Assembly: GCA_025594325.1 (NCBI GenBank)
Contig: JANHCV010000001.1
Span: 4,464,001 to 4,528,000, forward strand
Direction: 5' to 3'
Source of the DNA: Blastocladiella emersonii ATCC 22665
Taxonomy: Eukaryota > Fungi > Blastocladiomycota
Length of the DNA: 64,000 nucleotides
In this document: piece by piece, positions 41,129-53,159 of the stretch
Position numbering within the stretch: position 1 is the stretch's first letter
Layout of the letters: the number at the start of each line of letters is the position of its first letter
The notes under the pieces: generated by a model
What the model saw: the letters and a program-made list of their open reading frames with translations, nothing else
Told to the model about the DNA's origin: nothing
Database searches by the model: none
Program-made: the position numbers and the translations under genes

Positions 41129-42567
41129 TCACGATGACATGGCCGCGCGCCGCGCCGACCGCGTCCGCCGGCCGATCTCGGGCGACTCGCCGCCGTCACC
41201 ATCTCCGCCGAGCGCCGCGACCTCGTTGCGCATGGCCGCAATCAGGTCCGCGTCCTCGGGCACCATGGTGGCCGCGTCCTCGTCGTCGGTGCCCGACCCC
41301 GAGTCGCTGTCGCTGTCGCTCTCGCCGCCCTCGTTGACGTCGTCGTCGTCCTCGGCCGCCGCGGTCGTGGTGGTCGGGATCACATCCATGCGGTCGTCCT
41401 CGTCCGACGAGTAGGACGGATCGTCGTCCTCGCTGTCGCCGAGGTCGCCGGCCGCGAGAAGCGCCGCCGCGCCGCGTCCCACCACGACGACCGGGCGTGC
41501 CGCCGCCGCCGGTTCCTCAGCGGCCGCGGTGGACTGGATGATACTCGCGCGGTGCGCGCGGATGTACGCCTCGATCGGTCCCGCGTCCTCGACATCGATC
41601 ATATCGAAGCTGACGACGCGCTTGCCGTCGGCGTCGCCGCCCTCGCCTGCCTCGACGTGCGCCGTGACCTGGAGGTCGACCTTGCTGCGCCCGTTGGCGA
41701 CGACGGCGAGCGCGTGGACGCGCGCGTGCGGGATCCACAGGAACGGCTTCTTGAGCCCGAACACGAGCCCGTCGGGCAGCAGCCACAGGAACCCGTCCTT
41801 GCCGCGCAGGTAGCACTCGACGTACGCGTGCCCCGCGCGCTTGCCCATGGCCGACTTTTTGGTCGACGTGAAGTCGGCTGGCGTCGCGACGGGGACGCCC
41901 GTGATGCGCTCGAATGCGGCTACGTTAGGCGCGTGTCAACAACTCTGCTTCCCACCGCTCCGCCTCAAAACGGACCAGCAAACGACTCGCTCCCGCCAGG
42001 CACCTGCGCGAGCGCGGCCTCGGGCACCGTGAGCGCGACGACCGCGGGCTCGAGCGCGCCAAACGCCGCCGCGTGCGCGGTCCCCGTCGCCTCGGGTTTG
42101 CCGAACAGCAGCACCATGCTCTGCTTCTTGGTCTTCTCGGGCACCGACACGACGACGGCCTTGCCGAGATCCGCGTGTGCGACGTGGTGCACGACCGCGC
42201 CGTCCGCGCCCACCAGGTACACGCGCGCCGCGTCCAGCACCACCGTGAGCTTGCGGCGCACGGGCGCCGACACGGACACGTCCGGGATCCGGACCAGCGG
42301 GTCCGTCGGCGCGTCGACAGGCGTGGTGGTGCGCGCGCGTTTCGCCGCGGGCGTGCCGGGCGCCGAGTCGTCCTCGGGCACGGCGCCGCGTTTGTTGGAG
42401 CTGGAGAGCGCCTGGATTACGTCCGTCACGACGGCGGCCTGGTCGGCCGACAGCGCGGCGACCAGCGACTCGACGCGCGCGAGGAGCGACGGGTCGTGCG
42501 CCAGCGCGGCTTGCCACGTCCGGCCCGGGGACGACGGGGTGCTGCTTGATGATGCGGTTTGTTCCAT
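41129..42567 (-). CDS. RTT106: Histone chaperone Rtt106-like (tandem PH domains, acidic tail; 1 intron)
   Basis: VSVSAPVRRKL, YVECYLRGKDGFLWLLPDGLVFGLKKPFL, SFDMID..D and Asp/Glu-rich C-terminus. Confidence 0.8.
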
Positions 42568-42705
42568 GGTCGCTGCTGTGTGTGAAGGGAGAGAGGAGAA
42601 GCGTCGCGAGTGGGACTCGACGCTTCAGCGCGACCGACCTCGCTTCCATGAATCCGCGCACCGCCGCGTAACTTGCTGCAACTTATTGATCTCTCGGACT
42701 CGACC

Positions 42706-43456
42706 ATGGCCACCATCGTCTGCCAGGACGCTGAGTTGAAGGGCTCCATCACGCTGGGTAAGTCGCGGTAGTGCGCGAGTCGAGTCGAGTCGGGGCGACG
42801 CCACTGACCGCGCCGAGCGCGCCGACCTCAGGCGTCGGGACCATCATCCACCCCAAGTGCAAGATCATCTCGACCGCGGGCGGGCCCATTCTGATCGGCC
42901 GCAACAATATCTGCGAGGAGGGCGTGACTATCATCAACAAGTACGGCTGGGCCGCGGGGTGCATGCGCGTTGAGGGCGGGAGTTGACGCGCGCGCGGTCC
43001 GTGTAGCTCGAAGAGCGGCATGGTCATTGGCGACGACAACCTGTTCGAAGTCAACTGCTGTACGTAGCACAAAGAACGCGCCGGCGTGCACCGCGCTGAC
43101 ATCGCTGCGACGTGTAGACGTGGCGAGCAAGTACATTGGCCACCACAACGTGATTGAGCCCAAGGGTACGCCCTTCCCCACTCCTCCCCTGTCCCTCGAC
43201 CCGTCCACTCACCCCCGAACCCCTCTCAGCCGTGATTGGCGAGAACACGACCATCGGCGAGAACTGCGTGATCGGGGCCATGTGCACGACCGCGTCGGAC
43301 GAGGTGATCCCGTCCAACACGGTCATCTTCGGCAGCGACAACCAGCGGCGCACGCAGCGCCGCGAGGCCGCCGAGGAGCGCGCCGCCCTGCACGCGCGCC
43401 ACCTCGAGTACCTCCGCGAGACGCTGCCAAAGTACAACCACACCAAGCGCCTGTAA
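42706..43456 (+). CDS. DCTN6: Dynactin subunit p27 (4 introns)
   Basis: IVCQDAELKGSITLG.GTIIHPKCKII...GPI.IG.NNI.EE hexapeptide repeats and C-terminal HLEYLRETLPKYNH. Confidence 0.92.
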
Positions 43457-43496
43457 CTCTTTGACAATTGCAACTGTGTATATATAGAGAATCTGC

Positions 43497-44816
43497 TCAC
43501 CCGACGCGTGCCCGCTTCGAGGAGGACTCGGGAACAACAGCAGCGATGCCCGCGGCAGGCCACATCCACCCGCGCGGGTCCTCGACGTTGCCGCGCTGAA
43601 TGTCGCGCAGGCGCTGCGCGAGGTCGGCGAGCGGGTCGGCCGCAGGATCGGCGCCGTCCTTGACCTCGCCGTCCGCGTCGACGCCGGCCTTCCACGCGTC
43701 CACAATCACCGTCTCGGTCTTGCCGCTCACCTTGCGGTCGATGCGGTACACGGGCGTCACGACGACGGCCGTGCCCACAGCGCCGACGGCCACGATCGTC
43801 TCGCCCTCGACGGTCCCGTCGGCGATCTCGGCGTAGGCAATGGGCCGCGTCACGGGCGTCAGGCCGGCGTCGGCGGCGAGGTCCATGAGCGAGCGGCGCG
43901 TGACCGAGTTGAGGACGGACGTGGATTCCGGGGTGATGACGCGGGTCTGGGTGACGGCGAGGAAGTTGGAGGTGGCAAACTCGTCGACATGGGTGCGGGT
44001 CGCCGGGTCGAGGTACAGCGTGATCGGGTACCCCTTCGCCTTGGCGTCGCGCGCGGGGAGCAGCGTCGGGGCGTAGTTGCCCGCGAGCTTGTACGACCCG
44101 ACGCCGCGGGGCGCCGCGCGGTCAAAGTCGTCGCAGACCAGCGCCTTGACGGGCTTCCCGCCGCCCGAGTAGTACTCGCCGACGGGCGAGCACGTCACGA
44201 TGAACGTGAACTCGGTCGCCTCCTGCAGCCCGAGCTGCGGCCCGCTGCCGAACAGGAACGGCCGCACGTACAGCGACCCGCGCGCGCCCGCCGGCGGCAC
44301 GTACGCGGCGTTGCGCTCGATGCACGCCTCGATCGCCCCCAGGAAGATGGCCTCGGTCGGCGCCGCCATGAGCGCGCGCTCCGCACTGCGCACCATGCGC
44401 GCCCAGTTCTCGCGCGGGCGGAACACGCGCACCTTCCCGTCGCGCGCGTGCCGGTACGCCTTGAGGCCTTCGAAGCACGCCTGCCCGTAGTGCAGCGCCG
44501 TCGCCAGGATGCTGAGTGGGAGGTCGTGGCCCGCGACCCACGCGCCGTCGTCCCACCCGCCCGCGTCGCGACGCCACGTGTACCGGATGTGGCCCGCCGT
44601 CGCGATCAGGCCGAAGCCGAGGTTGTCAAAGTCGAGCGACGACGGGTCCGTGGGAGCGAGCGGCAGCGGCGCGTGCACCTTGCCGCCGGCGCGCAGCGGT
44701 TGCACGGCGGCCGTGGTCGCGGCTACGGCCTCGGCCTCGGGTGCATCGACGTCCGAGTGGGCGCGCTTGCCGGGCTTCGCGGTGATTGGGTAGGTCGAGG
44801 AGGATCCCTTGGCCAT
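43497..44816 (-). CDS. Branched-chain amino acid aminotransferase (PLP class IV), intronless
   Basis: LHYGQACFEGLKAY, VRVFRP.EN, SLYVRPF, SPVGEY, DRAAPRGVGSYKLAGNYAP, YLD..T...DEF...NF and G.GTAVVVTPV. Confidence 0.93.
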   Translation of the reverse strand: MAKGSSSTYPITAKPGKRAHSDVDAPEAEAVAATTAAVQPLRAGGKVHAPLPLAPTDPSSLDFDNLGFGLIATAGHIRYTWRRDAGGWDDGAWVAGHDLPLSILATALHYGQACFEGLKAYRHARDGKVRVFRPRENWARMVRSAERALMAAPTEAIFLGAIEACIERNAAYVPPAGARGSLYVRPFLFGSGPQLGLQEATEFTFIVTCSPVGEYYSGGGKPVKALVCDDFDRAAPRGVGSYKLAGNYAPTLLPARDAKAKGYPITLYLDPATRTHVDEFATSNFLAVTQTRVITPESTSVLNSVTRRSLMDLAADAGLTPVTRPIAYAEIADGTVEGETIVAVGAVGTAVVVTPVYRIDRKVSGKTETVIVDAWKAGVDADGEVKDGADPAADPLADLAQRLRDIQRGNVEDPRGWMWPAAGIAAVVPESSSKRARVG

Positions 44817-45263
44817 GGTGGTTGATTCGTTTGGTTTACGTTACACTTCCACGGCCGGGCAGCGGGCCTCGGTCCCTTCTTGTACCCCCTCCAACGGCCC
44901 CGGCCGGGCCCTCCCACGGAGCCCACGGCGTCGTTGGGGACCGCGGCCACAGGTGCTGTGACTCCAAGCCGTATCTGCGGGCCGTGGCGCGACGCGGCGC
45001 GCCGTGGCGAATTCATCGCATCTCGCGGCGTGGTGCTGCTTTTCACGCCGCGAACACTTTTGATATCCGCTCAGCCGACCGCATTTCCGTGATTGGCCGG
45101 GCGTCACGCGATGTGCGGCCACTCGCCGCGTCCAGCGACGCGCGGCTGCGAGTCAGCCCGGGTCGGCTGACCGCCGTAAACAAGTTTCGCGGCGCCTGCG
45201 CGCGGAGACGCGTGAGGACGCGACCAGTGTCCATTTTGGCACACACCAACGTCGACGTATACC

Positions 45264-47351
45264 ATGTATCGCACTCTATGCAGCAGGCGCACGGCCGCTG
45301 CCGCCTCGGGCTCCCTCGCGTCGCCGTCGCCGCTGGCGCCGCCCGCGCTGGCCCGTGCCGCGAGCACGCGCGCGCGCGACCGCGCCAAGCTCGCCAACAA
45401 GCTGTCGCCGCGCCGCGACCATGCCGCCGCCAAGGGCAAGGGCAAGCAGCAGCGCGAGGCTGCCTCGTCCTCGTCGTCGCCCATCCCCGCAGCGGTCGGG
45501 ATCGGCATGGTGGGCGGCGCCGCGGCGGCGCTGCCGTCGTTCGGGATGGGCGGTGCCGCGGTGGATCCGTGGGCCGCGGGGTTTGAGGTGAGCTCGGCCA
45601 GTAAGAGCCACAAGGCCGCCAAGCAGCAGTCGTCGAACCGCATGGAGTGGGTCACGATCAGCGGGACCGACTTCAAGTACGACATGGTCAAGCCGCCCGC
45701 CGAGGTCCGTGTCGCGGAGCTGCGGCACGGGCTCGATCGCGTGCTCTTCAAGTACGCTCCTCTCTCTTTTTCGGGAGTGAGACCCGCAGCTGACACGCTG
45801 AGTGTAGCCCCGGCGTGCACTTTCTGCAGGACCCGCGGTCGGGCGTGTACAACTTTGACCCGTACCTGCAGCGCATCGCGCACCCGGACGACGTCAACTT
45901 TGACACGTTCCCGCCGTACATCACGGCGTCCAAGGACCCGCAGCTGCGCGCCATGGCCAAGCGCGAGGGCTGCTCGTTCGTGTCGTCGACCTCGTCCATT
46001 TCCGGCGCCATGTCGCAAATGTACTTTATGATGACGGGCGGGAAGCCGCTCGATATCAGCAAGCTGTCGCACGACTTTATCTCCCAGGTACGTCGGCTGC
46101 GGTGACTGAGGCGAGCGAACGCTGACAATGTTGTGTGTCTAGTCGACCGCCTTTACCCGGATCATGCGCTCGCCAACGTCGGTGGTGCTGACGCGGCAGG
46201 AGAACGGCGTGTACTCGGTGGACGCGGACAAGTCGTACGACAAGCGCGAGACGATCCTGACGCGGCTCGGCAAGTCCATGGAGCGGATGCTGACGACGAC
46301 GCGCGACGAGTTTGCGTCGCAGCACCTGATCAAGAACGTGGGCGCCGCGAAACCCGCGCAGTCGTCGGTCCCCGAGGAGGCGTACGCGTACGGGCGCGCG
46401 GGCGGGATGCTTCTGCGCGCGCAGCTCGACTGCTACGACCCGCGCCTGCCGCGCAAGACGTTTGATCTCAAGACGCGCGCGACGCTGGCCGTGCGCATGA
46501 ACGCCGACAACGTCGACGACAATGTCCTGTACCACATCAAGTACGCGCACGGCCTGTTCGCGTCGTACGAGCGCGAGTACTACGACATGATCCGCGCCGC
46601 CTTCCTCAAGTACTCGCTGCAGGTGCGCATCGGGCACATGGACGGCATCATGGTCGCCTTCCACAACACGGCGCGCATCTTCGGGTTCCAGTACATCTCG
46701 CTCGAGGAAATGGACAGCTCGCTGTTCGGCGGGTCCGCCTTCGCCGACCAGACTTTCGCCCTGTCGGCACAGCTCCTCGAGGCGATCCTGCGCCGTGCCG
46801 TCGACACGCACCCGGACGCGCGCGTCCTGCGCGTCACGTTTGACACGGAGCGCGGCGAGAACGCCGTGTACGTCGAGGAGGTGCCCGGCGGTAACGCCGA
46901 CGACATGCACCTCGACCGGCTCAACCCGCGCAACGCCAGCAAGTTCAACCCGCCGCCCATGTCCCGGTTCCGCGTCTACTCGGCCGGGTCCGTCAACGGC
47001 GAGCCCCTCGCCGACGATACCGCGCACCCGCGCTACCTCAACCCCACGGACGAGTGGAAGCTCCGGTACGCGATCACGACCGAGGGCGCCAGCGACCACC
47101 TCGCCTTCGACTACTTCAAGCTCCGCCGCGCCCAGGACGAGGCCCGCCGGTCCCGCCCCGAGCCCGTTCCTGGAGCTGACGACCGAAACAAGTCGGGCAG
47201 CCTCATGGCCAAGGTCCGCCGCCATTTCGTGTCCGAGGACGAGGCCGCGCTCGACGCCGAGGCCACCAAGGTCATGTACAAGTCGCGGTTCCCCGTGGCG
47301 GTGCCCATGACCAAGCGGGGCGAGGTCAAGGACGCCGGGTGGGATCTGTGA
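45264..47351 (+). CDS. PET127: Mitochondrial 5'-3' exoribonuclease Pet127 (2 introns)
   Basis: V..L.HGLDRVLFN|PGVHFLQDPRSGVYNFDPYL, YIT.SKD, SSTSSISG, LLRAQLDCYDPRLPRKTFDLKTRA, SYEREYYDMIRAAFLKYSLQVRIG.MDGI.VA.HNT..IFGFQY. Confidence 0.95.
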
Positions 47352-47447
47352 GCGGTTGTGGTGATTTATAGTAGGTAGATATGCAAAATAATTACTTTCG
47401 TTTATGTACACGGTGTCGATCGAGTTGCGCGCTCCCACGCGCGCCGA

Positions 47448-48104
47448 CTACACGGGCAGGCCGCCAAAGTCGGACTTGCTGCCGCCTCCGCCGCCGTTGG
47501 CCGCGGACCGGCGGCGCCGGCGGTGGCCGTGGCCGTTGTGCCGGAGCAAGCTCCGCGCGTAGGCCCAGTACACGCCCGACCACGCGGCAGCCACGGCCAT
47601 GCCCGTCCACCAGACCGCGGGCGGGATCGGGTCGGGCGGCGGGACGCCGTTGAGGACGAGCACCAGCACCGCGATGAGCCACGCCGCGACGTGCATCCCG
47701 GCAAACCACTGCAGCTGCACGCCGTGCCTCCGGACCGCCGACCGCACGGCCCACGCGTAGAAGACCGCGGGCACCGCGAGCGCCAGCGCGCAGATCAGCC
47801 ACAGGAACCCGCGCGACGGCGGCGGGTTCGTCGGCAGCGTCGTGTCTGGCCGGCTCGGGTCGTCGGTGATCAGGTCCACGGCGTTCCAGATGCCGAGCGC
47901 GAGGCACGCGGTCAGGGAGAGGGAGAGGCCCACGAGCGTGGCCGTGTGGAGGAGGGAGGAGGAGGACCGAGGGTGCGAGGAGCTCAAAGAGGAGGTTGGT
48001 GATGGCGGCTGCGAGCCCGCGTAGTCGTCGCCCGGCGCGGTGCGCGAGCTGGCCGAGGTGTCGCACCGCGACGGTGGTGGGATGCCGCGCGCGAGCTTGG
48101 CCAT
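47448..48104 (-). CDS. Small 4-TM hypothetical membrane protein
   Basis: accATG at 48104. Ser/Pro-rich N-terminus and four hydrophobic segments (TLVGLSLSLTACLALGIW; FLWLICALALAVPAVFYAW; FAGMHVAAWLIAVLVLVL; WWTGMAVAAAWSGVYWAY). Confidence 0.6.
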   Translation of the reverse strand: MAKLARGIPPPSRCDTSASSRTAPGDDYAGSQPPSPTSSLSSSHPRSSSSLLHTATLVGLSLSLTACLALGIWNAVDLITDDPSRPDTTLPTNPPPSRGFLWLICALALAVPAVFYAWAVRSAVRRHGVQLQWFAGMHVAAWLIAVLVLVLNGVPPPDPIPPAVWWTGMAVAAAWSGVYWAYARSLLRHNGHGHRRRRRSAANGGGGGSKSDFGGLPV

Positions 48105-48461
48105 GGTCGGTCGGTGGTTGTCGGTGATGGGTTGTCGGTTGTCGGTGGTGGTGGCGCGCGAGGGCCCGTGGGAAGCGCGAGGGCGGAGGTCGGCGCGGCG
48201 AGTTGATGGCAATGCACACAGTCGCGGCGGGCGAGGGACGGGCGGAGGCTATATACCGCCAGCGCGAACGTATGGCAAGGGAATCCGATGCGGCGCCGGC
48301 ACGGCCCACGGGGGCGCTCCCCGCGACGCCAAGACCGGCGGTGCGTGTGGCGCGCGCGCCCTCGCCATACCACACCCGTGCGCATGGCCATCGCGATAAA
48401 TATCTCCCCGCGTTCTTGTTCCTATCGCGATATTTAACCCGCTACTAGTGTGTATTCCTAC

Positions 48462-50320
48462 CTAACACGTCACCCGGTACTCGAGCCCGTCCACCGCCGT
48501 CGTGTACCGCACGCCCTGGTACACCTTGTACTCCTCGCGCCGCACGCCGACGCGCGCCACCTTGAGCCCCGTCGCCGTCTGCCCGACGACCGCCCCCGAC
48601 AGCGCCGCCGTCACGACGCACGGCACACGCGCGGTATCGGCCCCCGCGCCGCCGGCGCCGAGCACGGGCGTCGCCGCGTCGACCTGCGCGGGCGCCACAA
48701 ACAGCGTGAGCGTCGGCACACTCGCGGCCGCGGACGACGCTGAGGAGGTGCCGAGGAGCGCGCGCCCGTTGCCGTTGGTCGCGCCCGTCGAGCTGCTGAC
48801 CATGCCGCCGACCGCGGCCGCCGTCGACGAGATGCCCGCCGCCGCGGCGCCCAGGCCGCGCGCGAGACTCGGTGCCGCGGCCGCGGGCGCAGAGACAGCG
48901 AGCTTGGACAGCGCGGCCGCTGCGACCCCACCGACGGCCACCGCCGCGCCGCCGCTCGCCCCGTTCCCACCACCGTTCGCGGCCCCCGCCGCCGCCGCGG
49001 CGTTGGGTCGCCAGTCGACGACCGTGGCCGTATTCGCGCGCGTGGTGCCGCGCGAGCACCGGTGCGTGGTGACGGCAAACTGTGGCGGGACCGTGACGCG
49101 GAGGGCGACGTGGTCGGCGGCGGTCCAGTCCCACGACGCCGCCGCGGGACCCGACCCGACGCGTGCGCCCGTCGGGTCGCCCAGCGTCACGGTCACGGTG
49201 ATGCGCGCGGGCGATGCCGGGTCGCGTACGGCTTTCACGCGGACCCACGCGGTCGCGGACGCGAGCAGGTCCGCGTCCAGGTCGTCTGGCGAGGTCGTTG
49301 GGTGGTGCGCGTACTCGACGAGGGTGGCTTTGCCCTCGGGCGGCGTGCACGCGAGTTCGGCGGGCAGACCCGACCCGGGCAGTGCGGTCGCAGGGCGGGG
49401 GTGCTTGGACCCGGCCACCACGCAGTCGTGCTGCGCCGCGAGCGACAGGGACCGCAGCGGCGCGCCGGCGAGCGCCACGTCCAGGATCGGGAGCCCCGAC
49501 AGCTTGGTGTTGGCGTGCAGGTACCCGTGGACACGGATCGACCCGCGCGCGCCGGTCGCGGGCGACCGCTTCTGCCCTTGGTGGGATGGCTGCGAGGACA
49601 GGTGCACCGTCCCCGAAATCCGCTCGTCGACGTCCACGTACACCTCGTTGGCGGTATGCTTGACGAGGGCGCGGCGCCACGGCGCGCTGACGGACGTGCG
49701 CGCGGCCGCGGGCCCCGACGCCGGCGCCATGACCTGGCCCATGACAGTCGTCGCGAGCCTTGACAGCAGGTCGGGGACTGGCAGCGTCGCCGTCAGCTGG
49801 TTCGCGTACACGTGCACGGGCAGCCCGCCGCACGCCAGCTCGTCCACAATCAGCGCCACCTGCACCGCCTCGCGCGCCAGCACAGCGGGCGTCAGCGGCG
49901 TCCAGTAGTGCGCGAGCGCCGATACCCAGTCGTGCAGGAACTGGCCCGCCGCGACAAACGCCGACCCGATGTCGGTGGTAGGGGATAGCAGGACCGCCCA
50001 GTGCACGCCGCACCCGCGAAGGTACACGACGGCGCGGCCCGTCGACTCGTGCGTGTGCAGCAGCGGCGCCAACAGCGTCCCCGCCACGGCGCCGCTGGGC
50101 GACTGCGGGATTGCGGCGGCGGAGCGCGAGGACGGGTGCTGGTCGAGCGCCTGTTCTAGCAGCGCGCGCAGGCCCGGCGCGTCGGGCGCCGCGGATGGCG
50201 GGCGGAGTTGCCGGTGGAAGAGCACGCCGCTACACGGTCGACCGGGTCAGGGACGGGGCGGGCGTGGCACCAGGTGTGTGTGTGCACTCACTTTTCTCCG
50301 CGGATCAGGACAGCTTCCAT
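48462..50320 (-). CDS. APM3: Adaptor complex medium (mu) subunit, most like AP-3 mu (1 intron)
   Basis: MEAVLIRGEN|GVLFHRQ longin start, WRR..VKHTANEVYVDVDE, TKLSGLP.L, HDCV, CTPPEG..TL..Y and terminal TGLKV..V.V..EEYKVYQGVRY.T....EYR. Confidence 0.75.
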
Positions 50321-50524
50321 TGCAGCAAGCGAGGGTTTGGGTGTAAGAGAGAGAGAGAGAGAGGTGCGGTAGGGGGTCGTTGACTTAGAGGGAGGCGACC
50401 GAAAGGTTGAGCCACACGGCGTCCTGTGGTCACGCCGCCCCGCGTGGGGGTGCGACGCGACGCGTCGGTCAGCGCGCCGATCGCTGCTCGTCCCTGTTCG
50501 CTCCCCACCGACGCACCGTACGCC

Positions 50525-52877
50525 ATGGAATCGCTCGTTGCCAACGTCCAACTCGCTGCATCGCTCGGCGCGTCGCCCGCCCTCGCGCTTGCCGCGATCC
50601 AGCGCGAGGTATCGGCGGCCGTCGAGAGCGCGGCCCATGCCGACAGCGAGGACGGCGCGCGCCGCAAAGTCGACCGCGTCAAGCAGGAGCTCGCAGCGTC
50701 AGGCGTTCTCGATCAGCTCGCGCGCTCTCTTCGTTCCGCACAACCCGGTTCGGCTTCACGAGAGCCGCGGAAGAGCCGCGAGGCCGACCAGGTCATTGGC
50801 GCGCTGAGCAGGATGCTCCTGTCTCGGCCCGCACCTCCACCACCATCGCGCCAGGCACCCCTTTCTCGCCGTGCTCGTGAACAGCCCGCGCCGTCGCCAC
50901 CTCCCCAACCGCGCAGCCCGGCTCCCGCTCCGCTGCTCCCAGCAGTCGACGTCCCGGCCAACTCGCACTCCGAGTCGACCTTTGACGAGCCGCTGACTCG
51001 CTGCGCCGCTGTCCTGCGAATCTCTCAGCTGAGCGAGCTCACGGCCGAGCTGCCCGCCGGTGTACGTTCGCTCGCGCTCCCCCTCATCGCCAACAAACTC
51101 ACACACAACCGAGTAGACCACCGTCGCCGTCCACGCTCTGGTCCACGGGCACACGGCCGAGTCCGTCGTACTCGTATCCGAGACCCGAAATCCACCCCTC
51201 GACCTCGCCCTGCCGCTCCCAAGCGACGCCCCGCCCGGCCCACCGCTCGCCGCGACGCCCTCGGACGGCGGCCTGCTCGCCGTGTCCGCGTGGAAACCCG
51301 GCGCCCGCGGCCCGCTCCTGCTCGGGTGCGCGCCCATCCCGTGGCCCGCGCTCCTCGACGAGGCCCCGCACACCATCCCGGTCGTCGACAACGAGACGCA
51401 CCAGGTCCAGTGCCGCGTGACTCTCGCACTCGAGTCGACGCCGACCTCGACCGGCCGCCTCCCCGTCTCCGCGGCCGCACCCTCCCCCGGCCTGTGGACC
51501 CCAACCGCTGTCGCGCGGTGGTGGCAGACGCACGTCCAGACGCACGCGCGCCGGTTCGGCCGCCCGCCCGCGTGCGGGGCGCACGTCCCGCCGGGGATCT
51601 GGGTCACGGACGAGACGGGGGACCGCGTGCCCTTGCCGCTCCTCCTCGCGCGCGCCGTCGGGCCGTTACCGGGCATCGCGACGGCGGCCGCCGCGGCGCG
51701 GTTCGTCGCCACGCTCCCGCTCCTGTCTGGCGGGTGCGACGCGAGCGCGCACCGGTGGCAGTCGCCGAAATTCACGCTCGCCGTGGGCGCCGTCGCGCAC
51801 GACCACGACCGCGCGGTCCTCCTCGCCGCGCTGCTCCGCGGGATCCGGCGCGAGGCGCTCATCGTGCTCGGGTCCTCGCACGAGTTTGGGGGAGCGAGCA
51901 GCGGCGGCGGCGGGTGCTGGGTCGCCGTCATGGACCACGATCCCGCGACGCGCCGCGTCGTGCCCGGCACCGTCCGCGTCGCCAACCTTGCGGCGGGGGC
52001 GCTCGACGCGCGGATCCCGTGGCGCGGGCCCAACGAGATCCCCGGGTGGACCGTCACCGCGGCCGTCGCGTGGCACGGCGTCTACGCACACGAGGGCGCC
52101 GGCGCAGTCCACGGCGCGGATATCGCGTCGTGGGATGTGCGCGCGAGCGGCGCCGGCTGGCGTGCGCTCGCGCTCGACCCGGCGACGGTCGCGCTCGAGG
52201 CGACGACGGGCGCCGTGGCGCGAGTCCAGGGGAGCGGGACGAGCGGGTTCCAGCACACTGTCGTCGAGCCGCTCTGGCGCACCCGACGAGTCCGCCCGCT
52301 CCCCGCGGTTTGGGTTCCTTCGACGGCGGCCGCGGCCGAGGTCGCGCTCGCGACGGCGCTCCAGGCGTGGGTCGCCGAGCACCGCGGGTTCCTCGACCTC
52401 GACACCGCGTGGGACCCGGTCCTGTGCTGGGCCATGCATTCGGCGCTCGCCGCCATGGACGCTCGTGCCATCAACGCCTCGGGTGCAACCGACTTTGACC
52501 TCGCGGCCGCCGTGCGCGCCTCGATCCCCGCCGGCTGGCTGTTCCGCGCGGCCCCGCTCGCCACGCCAGCGCGCCTGTTCCCGCCAGGGACCGCGGCCGC
52601 GACGCACGTCACGGAGACGGTTCGGCGCGCCATGGGCGAGTGGTCGCGGCACGCGCCCGCGGCATCTATGCTGCGCGAGGCCAGCGCCGCGGCCGTGTGG
52701 GCGGGCGCGGTGTACGTCGGCGGGTCGGGCGCCGCGCGGTGTTTGTGGGTCATGGTCGGCGTGGCTGTCAGCGAGGAGGATGGCGATGGCGATCGCACGG
52801 CGGCGGCCGGGTCGTCGTTCATGGGCGACTTTGATGAGACTAGCGTCGACGGGAGTATGCTCTCCTTCACGACGTAG
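50525..52877 (+). CDS. CEP76: Centrosomal protein CEP76-like (C2 + transglutaminase-like fold; introns in 5' part)
   Basis: WQSP.FTL......HD.A.LLAALLRG...EAL.VLG, CWVA, LDLDTAWD..L...M..AL, F..AV...IPAGW.F..AP and LWVMVGV resemble CEP76/CC2D2A C-terminal motifs. Confidence 0.7.
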
Positions 52878-53159
52878 CGTGAGACGGTAATACATGCGGG
52901 GCGCGACGGGCCCCGGTTCGACGCGTCGCGCGTCATTGCCTGCCCCACGTGATGATTAGGTTAAGTCCGCTTGCCCTCTTTCCCTCGTCGCCGACCCCCT
53001 CTCTCACGACCTTTCTAGCATTCCACCGAGCGCCGCGGCCCTCGTAACGTAGCTACACTCGGCCGACTTGTTGCATCGGCACCGCGCACACCCGCCCGTT
53101 GCGTCTCAGCCTCCATCGCATCGCACAAGCTCGCTCGCATTCACGGACTCGGATTCGAC

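Noticed and set aside
11273-52877. CEP83, CEP76 and DCTN6 as a cilium gene cluster
   Set aside because: Separated by tens of kb of unrelated genes; no evidence of clustering.
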